Below, one piece after another: positions 8,238 to 17,200 of a stretch of DNA of 64,000 nt (its first letter is position 1; every line of letters starts with the position of its first letter). The notes beneath the pieces were generated by a model, which saw nothing but the letters and a program-made list of their open reading frames with translations, had not been told where the DNA came from and did not search any database. Position numbers and translations under genes: made by a program. This DNA comes from Candidatus Aldehydirespirator sp. (GTDB taxonomy: Bacteria; Actinomycetota; Acidimicrobiia; Acidimicrobiales; Aldehydirespiratoraceae), in contig CBDCSK010000016.1 in assembly GCA_965221605.1 (NCBI GenBank), forward strand, positions 444,132 through 508,131. Reading direction: 5' to 3'.

Positions 8238-8722
8238 GCGCCGCCGACAGCCGCAAGGAACACCACAAGCCGCAGCGACGCCGTCGGCCGGGGCCGTCCG
8301 TAGACGCGCCTGGCGTGCCGGATGCTCCGCTGACGCAGGTCGCCGGCCGCCGCCGCCAGGTAGGCGAGGCCACCGACGGCCACCGTCAGCCAGCCCGCCT
8401 CGTTCGCCCCCATGGCCAAGGCGACGACAGCACCCGCCAGGGAGACGAGCGACCACGCCAGGACACGACGGTCGCCGAGCCTGCGGGTGCCCTTCTTGGG
8501 CGGCGCGCCATCAGGGACAGCCGCGTCGAGCCCGTCGTTGAATCCGTCCTCGAAGAACGGATCGTCTTGCCAACTGGCGCTCACGGCGCGTCTGTCCTGG
8601 CCGAAGCCATGGCCGCGCAGGCTAGCCCAGGGGTATGACAGCGCTGTCAGCGGGGACGCAGTGGATGCCTCCAGGTGCCCGGTGGCTGCCGCAACTGTTG
8701 GCGATGATTCGATCATTATCAT
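8204..8722 (-). CDS. small membrane protein (about 3 TM helices) with N-terminal DPFF motif; first gene of the operon
   Basis: 172-aa ORF. Hydrophobic helices VLAWSLVSLAGAVVALAMGA, GWLTVAVGGLAYLAAAAG and LRLVVFLAAVGGAWLAA. Its stop overlaps the candidate GTG start of the vWA gene. Confidence 0.65.
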   Translation of the reverse strand: MIMIESSPTVAAATGHLEASTASPLTALSYPWASLRGHGFGQDRRAVSASWQDDPFFEDGFNDGLDAAVPDGAPPKKGTRRLGDRRVLAWSLVSLAGAVVALAMGANEAGWLTVAVGGLAYLAAAAGDLRQRSIRHARRVYGRPRPTASLRLVVFLAAVGGAWLAAKGLATP

Positions 8723-8761
8723 TCATTTTCAGGTTGCATGGCTGCAGTTGGAAGGGTTAGG

Positions 8762-9187
8762 ATGGGGTCCATGGACAGCGGGACGGCCACGACAGTGCTG
8801 ACCATCCTCGGGACGTCCTTCGGCGCCATCCTGGCCTCGCTGATAACGCTGATGGTGGCCTCGATCCGCATCCAGCACCGGGACAGCACCGAGACTCGCC
8901 GGCTCATCACCGACGCCGGCAAGGAGAACCGGGATCTCATCGACCAGGCCCGCAAGGAGAACCGGGATCTCATCGACCAGGCCCGCAAGGAGAACCGGGA
9001 CCTGATCGACAAGAACCGCGACCTGATCGACAAGAACCGGGACCTGATCGAGAGGAACCACGGCGCCGTGATCAGCATCCTCGGCGACGCCCGGGAACGG
9101 CTCGCTCGCATCGAGGGCCACCTGCGGATCGGCCAGCCCGCGGCCGACGATCCCGAATCGGACGGCAACAGCCGCGAGGCTGCCTGA
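8762..9187 (+). CDS. membrane-anchored coiled-coil protein with tandem KENRDLIDQAR / KNRDLID repeats
   Basis: ORF 8738..9187. GGAAGGG lies 5 nt upstream of ATG 8762. N-terminal TM segment TATTVLTILGTSFGAILASLITLMVASI. Divergent from the operon, with only ~40 bp between the two starts. Confidence 0.6.
   Translation: MGSMDSGTATTVLTILGTSFGAILASLITLMVASIRIQHRDSTETRRLITDAGKENRDLIDQARKENRDLIDQARKENRDLIDKNRDLIDKNRDLIERNHGAVISILGDARERLARIEGHLRIGQPAADDPESDGNSREAA
8921..9052 (+). repeat. in-frame tandem repeat: 2 perfect 33-bp units, one 24-bp unit, two 21-bp units
   Basis: aaggagaaccgggatctcatcgaccaggcccgc at 8921..8953 is repeated exactly at 8954..8986, followed by shortened variants up to 9052. 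Confidence 0.9.
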
Positions 9188-9240
9188 CGGGCCCAGCACA
9201 ACGCCGCACCCCCAGACGGCATCATCTACCGGCTCGCGCG

Positions 9241-10925
9241 GCTAGCCCAGATATTTCAGTAGAGGGGCTTGGGCGGGGTGGCTGTGCCGCGGGAATGCCC
9301 TCCTGGTGTGGGAGAATCGGGCTTGTAGACAGTCCCGAGGCCACACCGGGGAGGGCACTCGCATGGTGAAGCATACAGGCATCCGGCCGCGGCTGAGGTT
9401 CACCGGCGGGGGGCGGGGTCTGGCTGTTCATGCGGGGGCTCGGCTGCTGGTCGATCTGGCCGAGAATGTGGGGTTGACGGCGGCGTTGTCTGAGGCGATG
9501 GCGGGGGCCAAGGTGCGGGGTCGGGGCCATGACTGGGGCCGGGTTCTGGCGGACGCGGCGGTGATGATCGCCGACGGCGGCGAGGCGATCTGTGACATCG
9601 CCGCGTTGGCGTGCCAGCGGGGTCTGTTCGGGGAGGTCGCGTCGGCGCCGACGCTGTGGCGGGCCCTCGACGCCGCGGGGGGCCGCGTCGGGCAGATCAA
9701 AGCAGCCAGGGCGCGGGCCCGCGCCGGGGCGTGGGCCGCGGGCGCGGACCCGGGGTTCTATGTGATCGACATCGACGCCACGCTGGTGAGCTCGCACTCT
9801 GACAAGCAGGCCGCCGCGGGGACCTACAAGGGAGGCTTCGGGTTCCATCCGCTTATGGCCTATCTCGACGCGACCGGCGAGGCGCTGGCCGGTGTGCTGC
9901 GGCCCGGCAACGCCGGATCGAACACCGCGGCTGACCACATCGAGGTCCTCGACGACGCCCTCGCGCAGATACCCGTCGATCCCCGAAGCGCAGAGGTGAT
10001 CGCCAGAGCCGACACCGCGGGCTGCACCCGGGAGTTCCTCAAAGCGTGCCGGGAGCGCAAAGTCCGGTTCTGCGTCGGGCACAAGCTGAGCATCGACATC
10101 GCACAGATCATCGTCGAAGTCCCCGACAAGGCGTGGCAGCCGGCGCTCAGCGCGGACGGCTCGGAGCTGCGCGACTGTGCCGAGGTCACCGAGATCACCG
10201 AACTCGCGGACCTGTCGAACTGGCCCGAGGGCACCCGCATGATCGCCCGCCGCGAACACCCCCACCCCGGCGCGCAGCTCACCTTCACCGACGCAGACGG
10301 ACACCGCCTGCAAGTGCTCATAACCGACATAACCGCCGACACCGACACCGGCACCGGCACCGACAGCGCCGGCGCCGCCGGCGGCGACATCGCCTACATC
10401 GAGGCGCTGCACCGCGGCCGCGGCCGAGCCGAACGCCAGATCACCGACCACAAGAACACAGGACCGGCCAAACTCCCCTCTGAATCGCTGGCCATCAACC
10501 GCGCCTGGCTGCAACTCACCATGGCCGCGCACGACCTGCTCGCATGGACCAAACTGCTCGCCCTCGACGGCAGCCTCGCCAAAGCCGAACCCAAACGGCT
10601 CCGCCACTGCCTGCTGCACACCGCAGCCCGACTCACACACACCGGGCGCCGACACACCGCCAAACTCGCCGACGACTGGCCCTGGACCCCCCACCTCATC
10701 ACCGCGTTCGACCGCGTCCACAACCTCCCCCTGCTCATCTGAACACACCCCGCGGCGACGCACCGGGCGCGCCGGCACAACCCCACCCGGCCAACCCGCA
10801 CCCGCACCCCCCCCCCCACAGGCCCGCCACGCCCCCACACGCCCACCGGCCGCCCGCGCCGATCCCCGGACCCGACCCAGCCCCAAAGCCGCCCCCCAAC
10901 GGCCCTACTGAAAGATCTGGGCTAG
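9241..10925 (+). mobile_element. IS1380-family insertion sequence (~1.68 kb) with flanking (G)CTAG target-site duplication
   Basis: Left terminal IR cccagatatttcagtag (9246..). Right end ctactgaaagatctggg (..10921). Direct repeat gctag at 9241..9245 and 10921..10925. Single transposase ORF. Confidence 0.85.
9363..10742 (+). CDS. IS1380-family DDE transposase
   Basis: The N-terminus MVKHTGIRPRLRFTGGGRGLAVHAGARLLVDLAENVGL and the block YVIDIDATLVSSHSDKQAAAGTYKGGFGFHPLMAYLD..LRPGNAGSNTAADH look typical of IS1380 transposases. Confidence 0.9.
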   Translation: MVKHTGIRPRLRFTGGGRGLAVHAGARLLVDLAENVGLTAALSEAMAGAKVRGRGHDWGRVLADAAVMIADGGEAICDIAALACQRGLFGEVASAPTLWRALDAAGGRVGQIKAARARARAGAWAAGADPGFYVIDIDATLVSSHSDKQAAAGTYKGGFGFHPLMAYLDATGEALAGVLRPGNAGSNTAADHIEVLDDALAQIPVDPRSAEVIARADTAGCTREFLKACRERKVRFCVGHKLSIDIAQIIVEVPDKAWQPALSADGSELRDCAEVTEITELADLSNWPEGTRMIARREHPHPGAQLTFTDADGHRLQVLITDITADTDTGTGTDSAGAAGGDIAYIEALHRGRGRAERQITDHKNTGPAKLPSESLAINRAWLQLTMAAHDLLAWTKLLALDGSLAKAEPKRLRHCLLHTAARLTHTGRRHTAKLADDWPWTPHLITAFDRVHNLPLLI

Positions 10926-11611
10926 GCGTCCAGGATGGCAGCTACCTCTTCGTCGGTTAGGCGGCGGAAGGCTCGGCGGCCGTTGGAGCGGTCGAGCACG
11001 GCGGCCTCAAGGCTCGCTGCGCTGAGGGTCCGGTCGGGGCCGGCCAGGGCTGCCACCGCAGCCCGCACACCGTCGGCGAGCGAGCGGGGCGAGTCCGGCA
11101 GGGCGTCCTCGAAGCGCTCCGAGATCTCCTCGGTCTCGCCGCCCAGCACGACCCAGTCGTCCTCGTCGACCACGGTGCCGTCATAGAGGATGTGGAACAG
11201 CTGGTCGCCGCGGCCGTCGTCGTCGAGGCCGATCTCGGCCACCAGGATCTCCACCTCCATCGGCTTGACCTCGTGGGTGAAGACCTGCCCCAGGCTCTGG
11301 GCGTAGGCGTTGGCCAGGCTGCGGGCGTCCACGTCCTCGCGACTGAAGGCGAAGCCCTTCAGGTCGGCGTGGCGCACCCCGGCTATGCGGAGCTGGTCGA
11401 ACTCGTTGTAGCGGCCCACCCCCGCGAAGGCGATGCGGTCGTAGATCTCGCTCACCTTGCGCAGCGTGCTGGAGGTGTTCTCGGCCACGATGGCTATGCC
11501 GCCGCTGTAGCGGAAGGCGACCAGGCTTCGGCCCCGGGCGATGCCCTTGCGCGCGTAGTCGGCCTTGTCCTTCATCACCTGCTCGGGCGGTGCGTAGAAG
11601 GGCATGGTCAT
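10922..11611 (-). CDS. prcA: proteasome subunit alpha
   Basis: [29 protein letters not shown]..., 229 aa. ATGA overlap with the prcB stop. Its stop codon TAG lies inside the IS target duplication. Confidence 0.95.
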   Translation of the reverse strand: MTMPFYAPPEQVMKDKADYARKGIARGRSLVAFRYSGGIAIVAENTSSTLRKVSEIYDRIAFAGVGRYNEFDQLRIAGVRHADLKGFAFSREDVDARSLANAYAQSLGQVFTHEVKPMEVEILVAEIGLDDDGRGDQLFHILYDGTVVDEDDWVVLGGETEEISERFEDALPDSPRSLADGVRAAVAALAGPDRTLSAASLEAAVLDRSNGRRAFRRLTDEEVAAILDA

Positions 11612-12444
11612 GACTTGCCGCCCCCGCCGGCCTCCCGCCGGCTGCGGTGGCGGCGCAGCAGCCGCTCGGTGCGCCGGCGCAGTTCGGCGTCCTCCAGGCG
11701 CTGGTAGCCGCCGGCGTCGATCACCGCCACCACCGGGAACACGTCGCGCACCGGGTCGGGGCCGCCGGTGGCCGAATCGGCGTCGGAGGCCACATACAGC
11801 GCGTCCAGCACCAGATCGGTGGCCGCGGTCCTCGTCATCGACGGGCGGAAGCCCAGCTTCACCACGGTGTCGGCGTGCAGCGAGCCGGAGCCGGTGGCCG
11901 CATGGTCGCGCTCCTCGTAGCGCCCGCCGGTGACGTCGTACTCGAAGATCCGGCCCTTGGAGGCCGCGGTGTCGAAGCCCGCGAGAATGGGTACCACCAC
12001 CAGGCCCTGCATGGCCGCCGGCAGGTTGGCCCGCACCATCTGACCGAGCTGGTTGGCCTTCCCCTCGAGGCTTATGGGCGTGCCCTCCACCTTCTCGTAG
12101 TGCTCGAGCTGAAGCTGGAACAGCCGCACCATCTCGGTGGAGGGGCCGGCCGCGCCGGCGATGGCCACCCCGGAGTGGCGGTCGGCCGGGAACACCTTCT
12201 CGATGCGGTGGTTGCTGATCAGATGTCCGGCGGTGGCCCGCCGGTCGCCGGCCAGGACCACCCCGGAGTCGTAGCGCACGGCCACGCAGGTCGTTCCGTG
12301 GGGGATCTCCGGCGTCGGCATCGCCGGCAGGTGCTCGGAGGCCGCGCCGGGCGTAGCGGCGCCGGTGCCGGAGCGGGTCTGGCGCAGCAGCGCGGCGAAG
12401 TTGGGGCCAGGATCGTCGTGCGGCCCGAAGCGGGGCAGGCTCAC
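11608..12444 (-). CDS. prcB: proteasome subunit beta (propeptide followed by catalytic Thr)
   Basis: PHG|[21 protein letters not shown], the processing site and N-terminal Thr motif. GTGA overlap with the pup stop. Confidence 0.95.
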   Translation of the reverse strand: MSLPRFGPHDDPGPNFAALLRQTRSGTGAATPGAASEHLPAMPTPEIPHGTTCVAVRYDSGVVLAGDRRATAGHLISNHRIEKVFPADRHSGVAIAGAAGPSTEMVRLFQLQLEHYEKVEGTPISLEGKANQLGQMVRANLPAAMQGLVVVPILAGFDTAASKGRIFEYDVTGGRYEERDHAATGSGSLHADTVVKLGFRPSMTRTAATDLVLDALYVASDADSATGGPDPVRDVFPVVAVIDAGGYQRLEDAELRRRTERLLRRHRSRREAGGGGKS

Positions 12445-12635
12445 TCGCCGCCCTTTTGGATGTAGCTCTTCACGAAGTCCTCGGCGTTGGTCTCCAGCAG
12501 CTCGTCGATCTCGTCGAGCAGGTCGTCGAGCTGGGCCTTGATGTCGGAGCCCCGCTCGGACGCGGGCGGCGACTCCTCCACCGACTGCTCACGGGGCGAC
12601 GGCGCCGGCTTGCGGATCTGCTCTCGTTCGGCCAC
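12441..12635 (-). CDS. pup: prokaryotic ubiquitin-like protein Pup (C-terminal GGE)
   Basis: 64 aa ending ...[15 protein letters not shown] start with GGAGGA 5 nt upstream. Confidence 0.95.
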   Translation of the reverse strand: MAEREQIRKPAPSPREQSVEESPPASERGSDIKAQLDDLLDEIDELLETNAEDFVKSYIQKGGE

Positions 12636-12676
12636 TGGGTTCCTCCGGGCTCGTGCTCGATCAAGTTATCCACACC

Positions 12677-14194
12677 TTACGCGCCTGCGGAGCCCAAGCG
12701 TCGCAGCAGCTCCATCGCGGAGCCGCACTCGTCGAACATGTCGCCCACGTGGGCGACCGTCCCCCGCGCCGGCTCGGTCATGGAGACCCGCCGCAGGGAG
12801 CCCTCGCCCACGTCGAAGACGATCGAGTCCCAGTTGGCCGCCACCACCTCGGCCGCGAACTTCTGCAGGCAGCGGCCCCTGAAGTAGGCCCGGGTGTCGG
12901 GCGGGGGCTCGGTCATGGCCCTGACCGCCGCGTCCTCGTCCACCAGCGTCTCCAGCCCGGCCCGGGCGGCCAGGGACCGGTCCGGGCGCAGATCGTGGTA
13001 CTGGATGTCGAGGGCCCGCAGGCGGGCGTCCTGGAGGTCGAGGCCGTGACGGTCCCTGAATCCCTCCAGGAGCCTGAGCTTGGCCACCCAGTCGATCTGG
13101 CCGGCCAGGGTGGCCGGATCGCGCTCCAGGCCGCCGAGCACGTCCTCCCACCGGGCCAGCACCTGGTGCGCCACCGGCCCGCCGGTCGCGTCGGCCCCCC
13201 GCTGCTCGACGTGGGCGCGGGCCGCGGCCAGCAGCTCCCACTGCACGCCGAGAGCGGTGATCGTGGAGCCGTCGGCGAGCTCTAACGGCTGGCGCAGCTG
13301 CAGGTCGTGGCTCACCTGGCGCAGCGCGGCGACCGGCGCCGCGAACCGGAACTCGCGACCCACGGCGTCGTCCTCGGTGAGCGCCATCACCAGCGCGGTC
13401 GTGCCGACCTTGAGGAAGGTCGCGGCCTGCGACATGTTGGCGTCCCCCACGATCACGTGCAGGCGCCGGTACTTGGCCGCGTCGGCGTGGGGTTCGTCGC
13501 GGGTGTTGACGATGGGACGCTTGAGGGTCGTCTCGAGGCCGACCTCCTCCTCGATGAAGTCGGCCCGCTGGGAGATCTGGTAGCCGGCTTCGTCCAGGCG
13601 CATCCCCGGGGTCTCGCTGCCTATCTTGCCGGCGCCGCAGTAGATCTGGCGGGTGACGAAGTGCGCGGTGGCGTTGGTGACGATGCGCGAGAACGGCACC
13701 GCCCGGCTCACCAGGTAGTTCTCGTGGCAGCCGTAGCTGTTGCCCTTGCCGTCGGAGTTGTTCTTGTAGACGACGATCTCCTCGCCCGGCGGGAGCAGCA
13801 TCCGGACCGCCTCCATCGAGCGGGCCGCGATCAGCTCGGCGGCCCGGTCATAGAGGACCGCTGAGAGTGCGTCGGCGCACTCGGGCGTGGACAGCTCCGG
13901 GTGGGCGTGGTCGACGTAGTAGCGGGCGCCGTTGGTGAGCACCGCGTTGACCAGGTGGGTCTCGATCTCCGGTGCCAGCGATCCCGCGGGCGCCCCGCCG
14001 CGTGCGTCGTTCCCCGGGGTCTCGTCGGTGAAGTCCCAGCCCACCGCGGCCCGGCCGGGCTCCGGCGCGTGGCCGTGGGCGATCAGGTAGGCGTTGATCA
14101 GCAGCGACGAGGCCGAGATGGGGTTGGGCTCGGAGGCCCCCCGGTGGACGATGCCGTACTCGGTCTCGAGCCCGAGCATCTTGGGGACAGCCAC
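12677..14194 (-). CDS. dop: Pup deamidase/depupylase Dop
   Basis: LGLETEYGI, LTNGARYYVDHAHPELSTPEC, YKNNSDGKGNSYGCHENYL and NTRDEPHAD motifs. Sits immediately upstream of pup, as in characterised loci. Alternative ATG start at 14179. Confidence 0.9.
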   Translation of the reverse strand: MAVPKMLGLETEYGIVHRGASEPNPISASSLLINAYLIAHGHAPEPGRAAVGWDFTDETPGNDARGGAPAGSLAPEIETHLVNAVLTNGARYYVDHAHPELSTPECADALSAVLYDRAAELIAARSMEAVRMLLPPGEEIVVYKNNSDGKGNSYGCHENYLVSRAVPFSRIVTNATAHFVTRQIYCGAGKIGSETPGMRLDEAGYQISQRADFIEEEVGLETTLKRPIVNTRDEPHADAAKYRRLHVIVGDANMSQAATFLKVGTTALVMALTEDDAVGREFRFAAPVAALRQVSHDLQLRQPLELADGSTITALGVQWELLAAARAHVEQRGADATGGPVAHQVLARWEDVLGGLERDPATLAGQIDWVAKLRLLEGFRDRHGLDLQDARLRALDIQYHDLRPDRSLAARAGLETLVDEDAAVRAMTEPPPDTRAYFRGRCLQKFAAEVVAANWDSIVFDVGEGSLRRVSMTEPARGTVAHVGDMFDECGSAMELLRRLGSAGA

Positions 14195-14231
14195 AGACCG
14201 GACGCTAGCGATTCTTGAGAGCCGGCAGTGA

Positions 14232-15011
14232 CTACAGGATCTGCGAGAGGAACAGCTTGGTTCGCTCCTCGTGGGGATTGTCGAAGAAGTGCTCGGGCGT
14301 CCCGGTCTCGACTATCTGGCCGTCCTCCATGAAGATCACCCGGTCGGCGACCTCGCGGGCGAAGCCCATCTCGTGGGTCACCACCATCATGGTCATGCCC
14401 GAGGTGGCCAGCTCCTTCATCACGTCGAGGACCTCCTTGATCATCTCGGGGTCCAGCGCCGAGGTGGGCTCGTCGAAGAGCATGATCCTGGGCTCCATGG
14501 CCAGGGCCCGGGCGATGGCCACCCGCTGCTGCTGGCCGCCCGAGAGCTGTCCGGGGTACTTCTCGGCCTGCTCGGGTATGCCGACCCGCTCCAGCAGCGA
14601 GCGGGCCAGGTCCTCGGCCTCGGTCTTGGGCTTCTTGCGGACCCAGATCGGCGCCAGCGTGATGTTGTCGAGCACGGTGAGGTGGGGGAACAGGTTGAAC
14701 TGCTGGAACACCATGCCGACCTCGGAGCGGATCCTCTCGATGTTGCGGAGGTCGTTGGTGAGCTCCACGCCGTCTATCACGATGCGGCCCTCCTGGTGGG
14801 CCTCGAGGCGGTTGATGCAGCGGATCCAGGTGGACTTCCCCGAGCCGGACGGGCCCAGCACCACCACCACCTCGCGCTCCTTGATGACCGCGGTGATCCC
14901 GTCGAGGGCCTGGAAGTCCCCGAACCACTTGTTGACCCCCTCGCACACGATCATGTCGTCGCGGGCCGCGAGCTCCTCGGTCAATGCGGTGGTGGCGTCG
15001 CTCACACTCAT
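14232..15011 (-). CDS. polar amino-acid ABC transporter ATP-binding protein
   Basis: Walker [10 protein letters not shown], signature [15 protein letters not shown], Walker [12 protein letters not shown]. Confidence 0.95.
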   Translation of the reverse strand: MSVSDATTALTEELAARDDMIVCEGVNKWFGDFQALDGITAVIKEREVVVVLGPSGSGKSTWIRCINRLEAHQEGRIVIDGVELTNDLRNIERIRSEVGMVFQQFNLFPHLTVLDNITLAPIWVRKKPKTEAEDLARSLLERVGIPEQAEKYPGQLSGGQQQRVAIARALAMEPRIMLFDEPTSALDPEMIKEVLDVMKELATSGMTMMVVTHEMGFAREVADRVIFMEDGQIVETGTPEHFFDNPHEERTKLFLSQIL

Positions 15012-15051
15012 GGCGTGTCCCCCGGTGTTCTCGGTCGTATTCGGGTCGGCA

Positions 15052-17199
15052 TCACCGCTCCCCCACTCCTAGCCGCTTCTCGAGACGCTGGCTGTGCTTG
15101 GACATGTTGTAGGCGAATATCCAGTAGATGAACGATGCGAACAGCAGGCCCTCCCGCTTGACGCCGAGGAACTCCGACTGCGCGGAGATCACCTTGTCGG
15201 CGATCCGCAGGAAGTCGAAGATCCCGACGACGGCCAGCAGCGAGGTCTCCTTGAAGGTGGCGATGACCTGGCCGACCAGCGGAGGGATCGACACCCTCAG
15301 GGCCTGGGGCAGCACGACGAACAGGGTGCGCTGCACGGTGGTGAGGCCGACCGCGTCGGAGGCCTCGTACTGGCCCCGGCGGACGGCCTGAAGGCCGCCG
15401 CGCACGTTCTCGGCCAGGTAGGCGGCCGAGAAGAGCGCGAAGCCGATGGTGGCCCCGGCGATGTCCGTCAGGGACATGTTCGATGGCAGGAACAGGTTGA
15501 AGACCAGGGTGAAGAAGAACAGGATCGTTATCAGGGGCACGCCCCGGAACACCTCGATGTAGGCGGTGGACAGAACCCTGAAGATCGGCAGTTTGGACGT
15601 GCGGGCCAGCGCCAGCAGCACCCCCAGCGGGAAGGCCGCCAGCAGGGTGAACACGGCCACGATGAGGGTGATGCCGAAGCCGCCGATCAGCGCGTCGGTG
15701 GGCGTCTCGACGGTGGAGGGCGAGTTGACCAGGGTGACCAGCCAGTGGAAGACGGCCATTATCGCCACCCAGGCGGCCACCAGTCTCAACCGCTGGGTGC
15801 GGTCGCCGGCGAAGTTGTGGGCCAGCAGGGCGACCACCGCCAGCAGCAGGAAGCTGATCCGCGCCTTCTGCAGCATCGGGTACCAGCCGAAGTAGGCGGC
15901 CACCCAGTTGAGCACGGCCACCCCGACCAGCACCACCGCCATGATCCGGCCGGCCTCGCCGATTCGGGGGTGGGCCAGGTACCACACCACGAGTCCCCCG
16001 AAGGCTGCGAAGAACACCGCCATCGGGATGTCGGTGGACAGAACGTGGTCCCAGTCGAGGTCGGGGTCGCGCAGCACCGCCCAGTACAGGACGAACGGGG
16101 TCATCACCCAGAGCAGGTTCAACGGCACCCGCAGCCTCCGGGCCGCCCCCGCCGTGCTGAGCGCCCGCCCCAACAGGAAGGTGCCGACCAGCAGGACCCA
16201 CATGACGGTCCAGGGCAGTTTCGTGGTCATGGCGACCGTACGGCCGGGCTCGGAGATGAACTCGCCCTCCAGGAAGGCGTAGTGCCCCCACGGGTACAGC
16301 CACGCCGACAGCACCATGATCCCGGCGGCCGCGAAGAAGACGTGCATGGCCGGCACGAAGGTGTTGCGGCGGCGGGCGTCTCCCAGCCCGAACCACAGCG
16401 CCGCGCCCGAGCCGGCCAGCACGACCGCGCCCAGCCACCACCAGGCCCGGTCGGTCATGGCCTCGGCGAACGGCTCCCGGACGATCTCGCCGGTGGCGTA
16501 CTGCTGCACGATCAGCACCCCGATGCTCGCCAGCACCAGCACGCCGTGAGCGAGCCTCGGCTCCGGCCCGTCGCGCAGGTAGGTGCCCTGGAGGTGGAAC
16601 CACACCGCCAGGACGACGTTGGCCAGCACCAGCACGCCGAGCACGGCCAGAGCGTTGGCGTCCAGCCAGCCGACGAAGGAGTCGCCGACCGCCGCAGCGG
16701 GGTCGCGGTGCAGGGCCATGCCCTCGCTGCCGACCATTGCCGAGGGCTCGCGCAGCAGGATCCCCAGCCCGATCACGCCCCCGGTGCCCATCAGGTTCAT
16801 CGACAGCTTCTTCAACGAGATGCCCCGGCCGGTCTTGGCCAGCAGCCCCACCGACAGCCCCGACAGCACCGCGATGGCACCGACGCAGACCCAGATGCGG
16901 GCGTACTGGTCCTGGGGGTAGGCGTGGGTGAACAGGAACCGCATGTTGGTCTTGACGGCCCGCCAGGTCCGCTCCTCGCTGAACGTGAAGTTCAGCAGGC
17001 CGCGCACGGCCAACAGCACCAGCAGCGTGAAGACGACGGTGAGCAGCGAGTTGACCGGGGAGGAGAACAGGCTCCTGCTCAGCCACTCCCCCGCCGACAG
17101 GCTGGGCTCCTCGGGCTTCTGGGCGGGCTCGCGCTCACCGGCCCACGCCTCCTCGGGGGCTGCGGCCACCACGGCTCCCTCGCCCATCGGCATAGCCAT
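15052..17199 (-). CDS. amino-acid ABC transporter permease (AapM-like core with ~330-aa extra multi-TM insertion)
   Basis: C-terminal core [15 protein letters not shown]...[16 protein letters not shown]. The N-terminal two thirds are additional hydrophobic helices. Confidence 0.85.
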   Translation of the reverse strand: MAMPMGEGAVVAAAPEEAWAGEREPAQKPEEPSLSAGEWLSRSLFSSPVNSLLTVVFTLLVLLAVRGLLNFTFSEERTWRAVKTNMRFLFTHAYPQDQYARIWVCVGAIAVLSGLSVGLLAKTGRGISLKKLSMNLMGTGGVIGLGILLREPSAMVGSEGMALHRDPAAAVGDSFVGWLDANALAVLGVLVLANVVLAVWFHLQGTYLRDGPEPRLAHGVLVLASIGVLIVQQYATGEIVREPFAEAMTDRAWWWLGAVVLAGSGAALWFGLGDARRRNTFVPAMHVFFAAAGIMVLSAWLYPWGHYAFLEGEFISEPGRTVAMTTKLPWTVMWVLLVGTFLLGRALSTAGAARRLRVPLNLLWVMTPFVLYWAVLRDPDLDWDHVLSTDIPMAVFFAAFGGLVVWYLAHPRIGEAGRIMAVVLVGVAVLNWVAAYFGWYPMLQKARISFLLLAVVALLAHNFAGDRTQRLRLVAAWVAIMAVFHWLVTLVNSPSTVETPTDALIGGFGITLIVAVFTLLAAFPLGVLLALARTSKLPIFRVLSTAYIEVFRGVPLITILFFFTLVFNLFLPSNMSLTDIAGATIGFALFSAAYLAENVRGGLQAVRRGQYEASDAVGLTTVQRTLFVVLPQALRVSIPPLVGQVIATFKETSLLAVVGIFDFLRIADKVISAQSEFLGVKREGLLFASFIYWIFAYNMSKHSQRLEKRLGVGER

Positions 17200-17200
17200 C

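Noticed and set aside
8921-9052. Tandem repeats as a CRISPR array
   Set aside because: The units are contiguous with no spacers, in-frame within an ORF, and only 21-33 bp long. There are no cas genes in the window.
9222-10886. 554-aa ORF on the minus strand covering the whole first IS
   Set aside because: It is antisense to a clearly recognisable IS1380 transposase. Its composition is Gly/Arg/Pro/Val-rich, typical of shadow frames in high-GC DNA. It also runs through the terminal inverted repeats.
12677-14194. Calling the 505-aa Pup-system enzyme PafA (ligase)
   Set aside because: Its position directly upstream of pup-prcB-prcA fits Dop better, as do motifs such as GARYYVDHAHPE..PEC and YKNN.DGKG.SYG.HENYL as I recall the two families. 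This remains to be confirmed by phylogeny.
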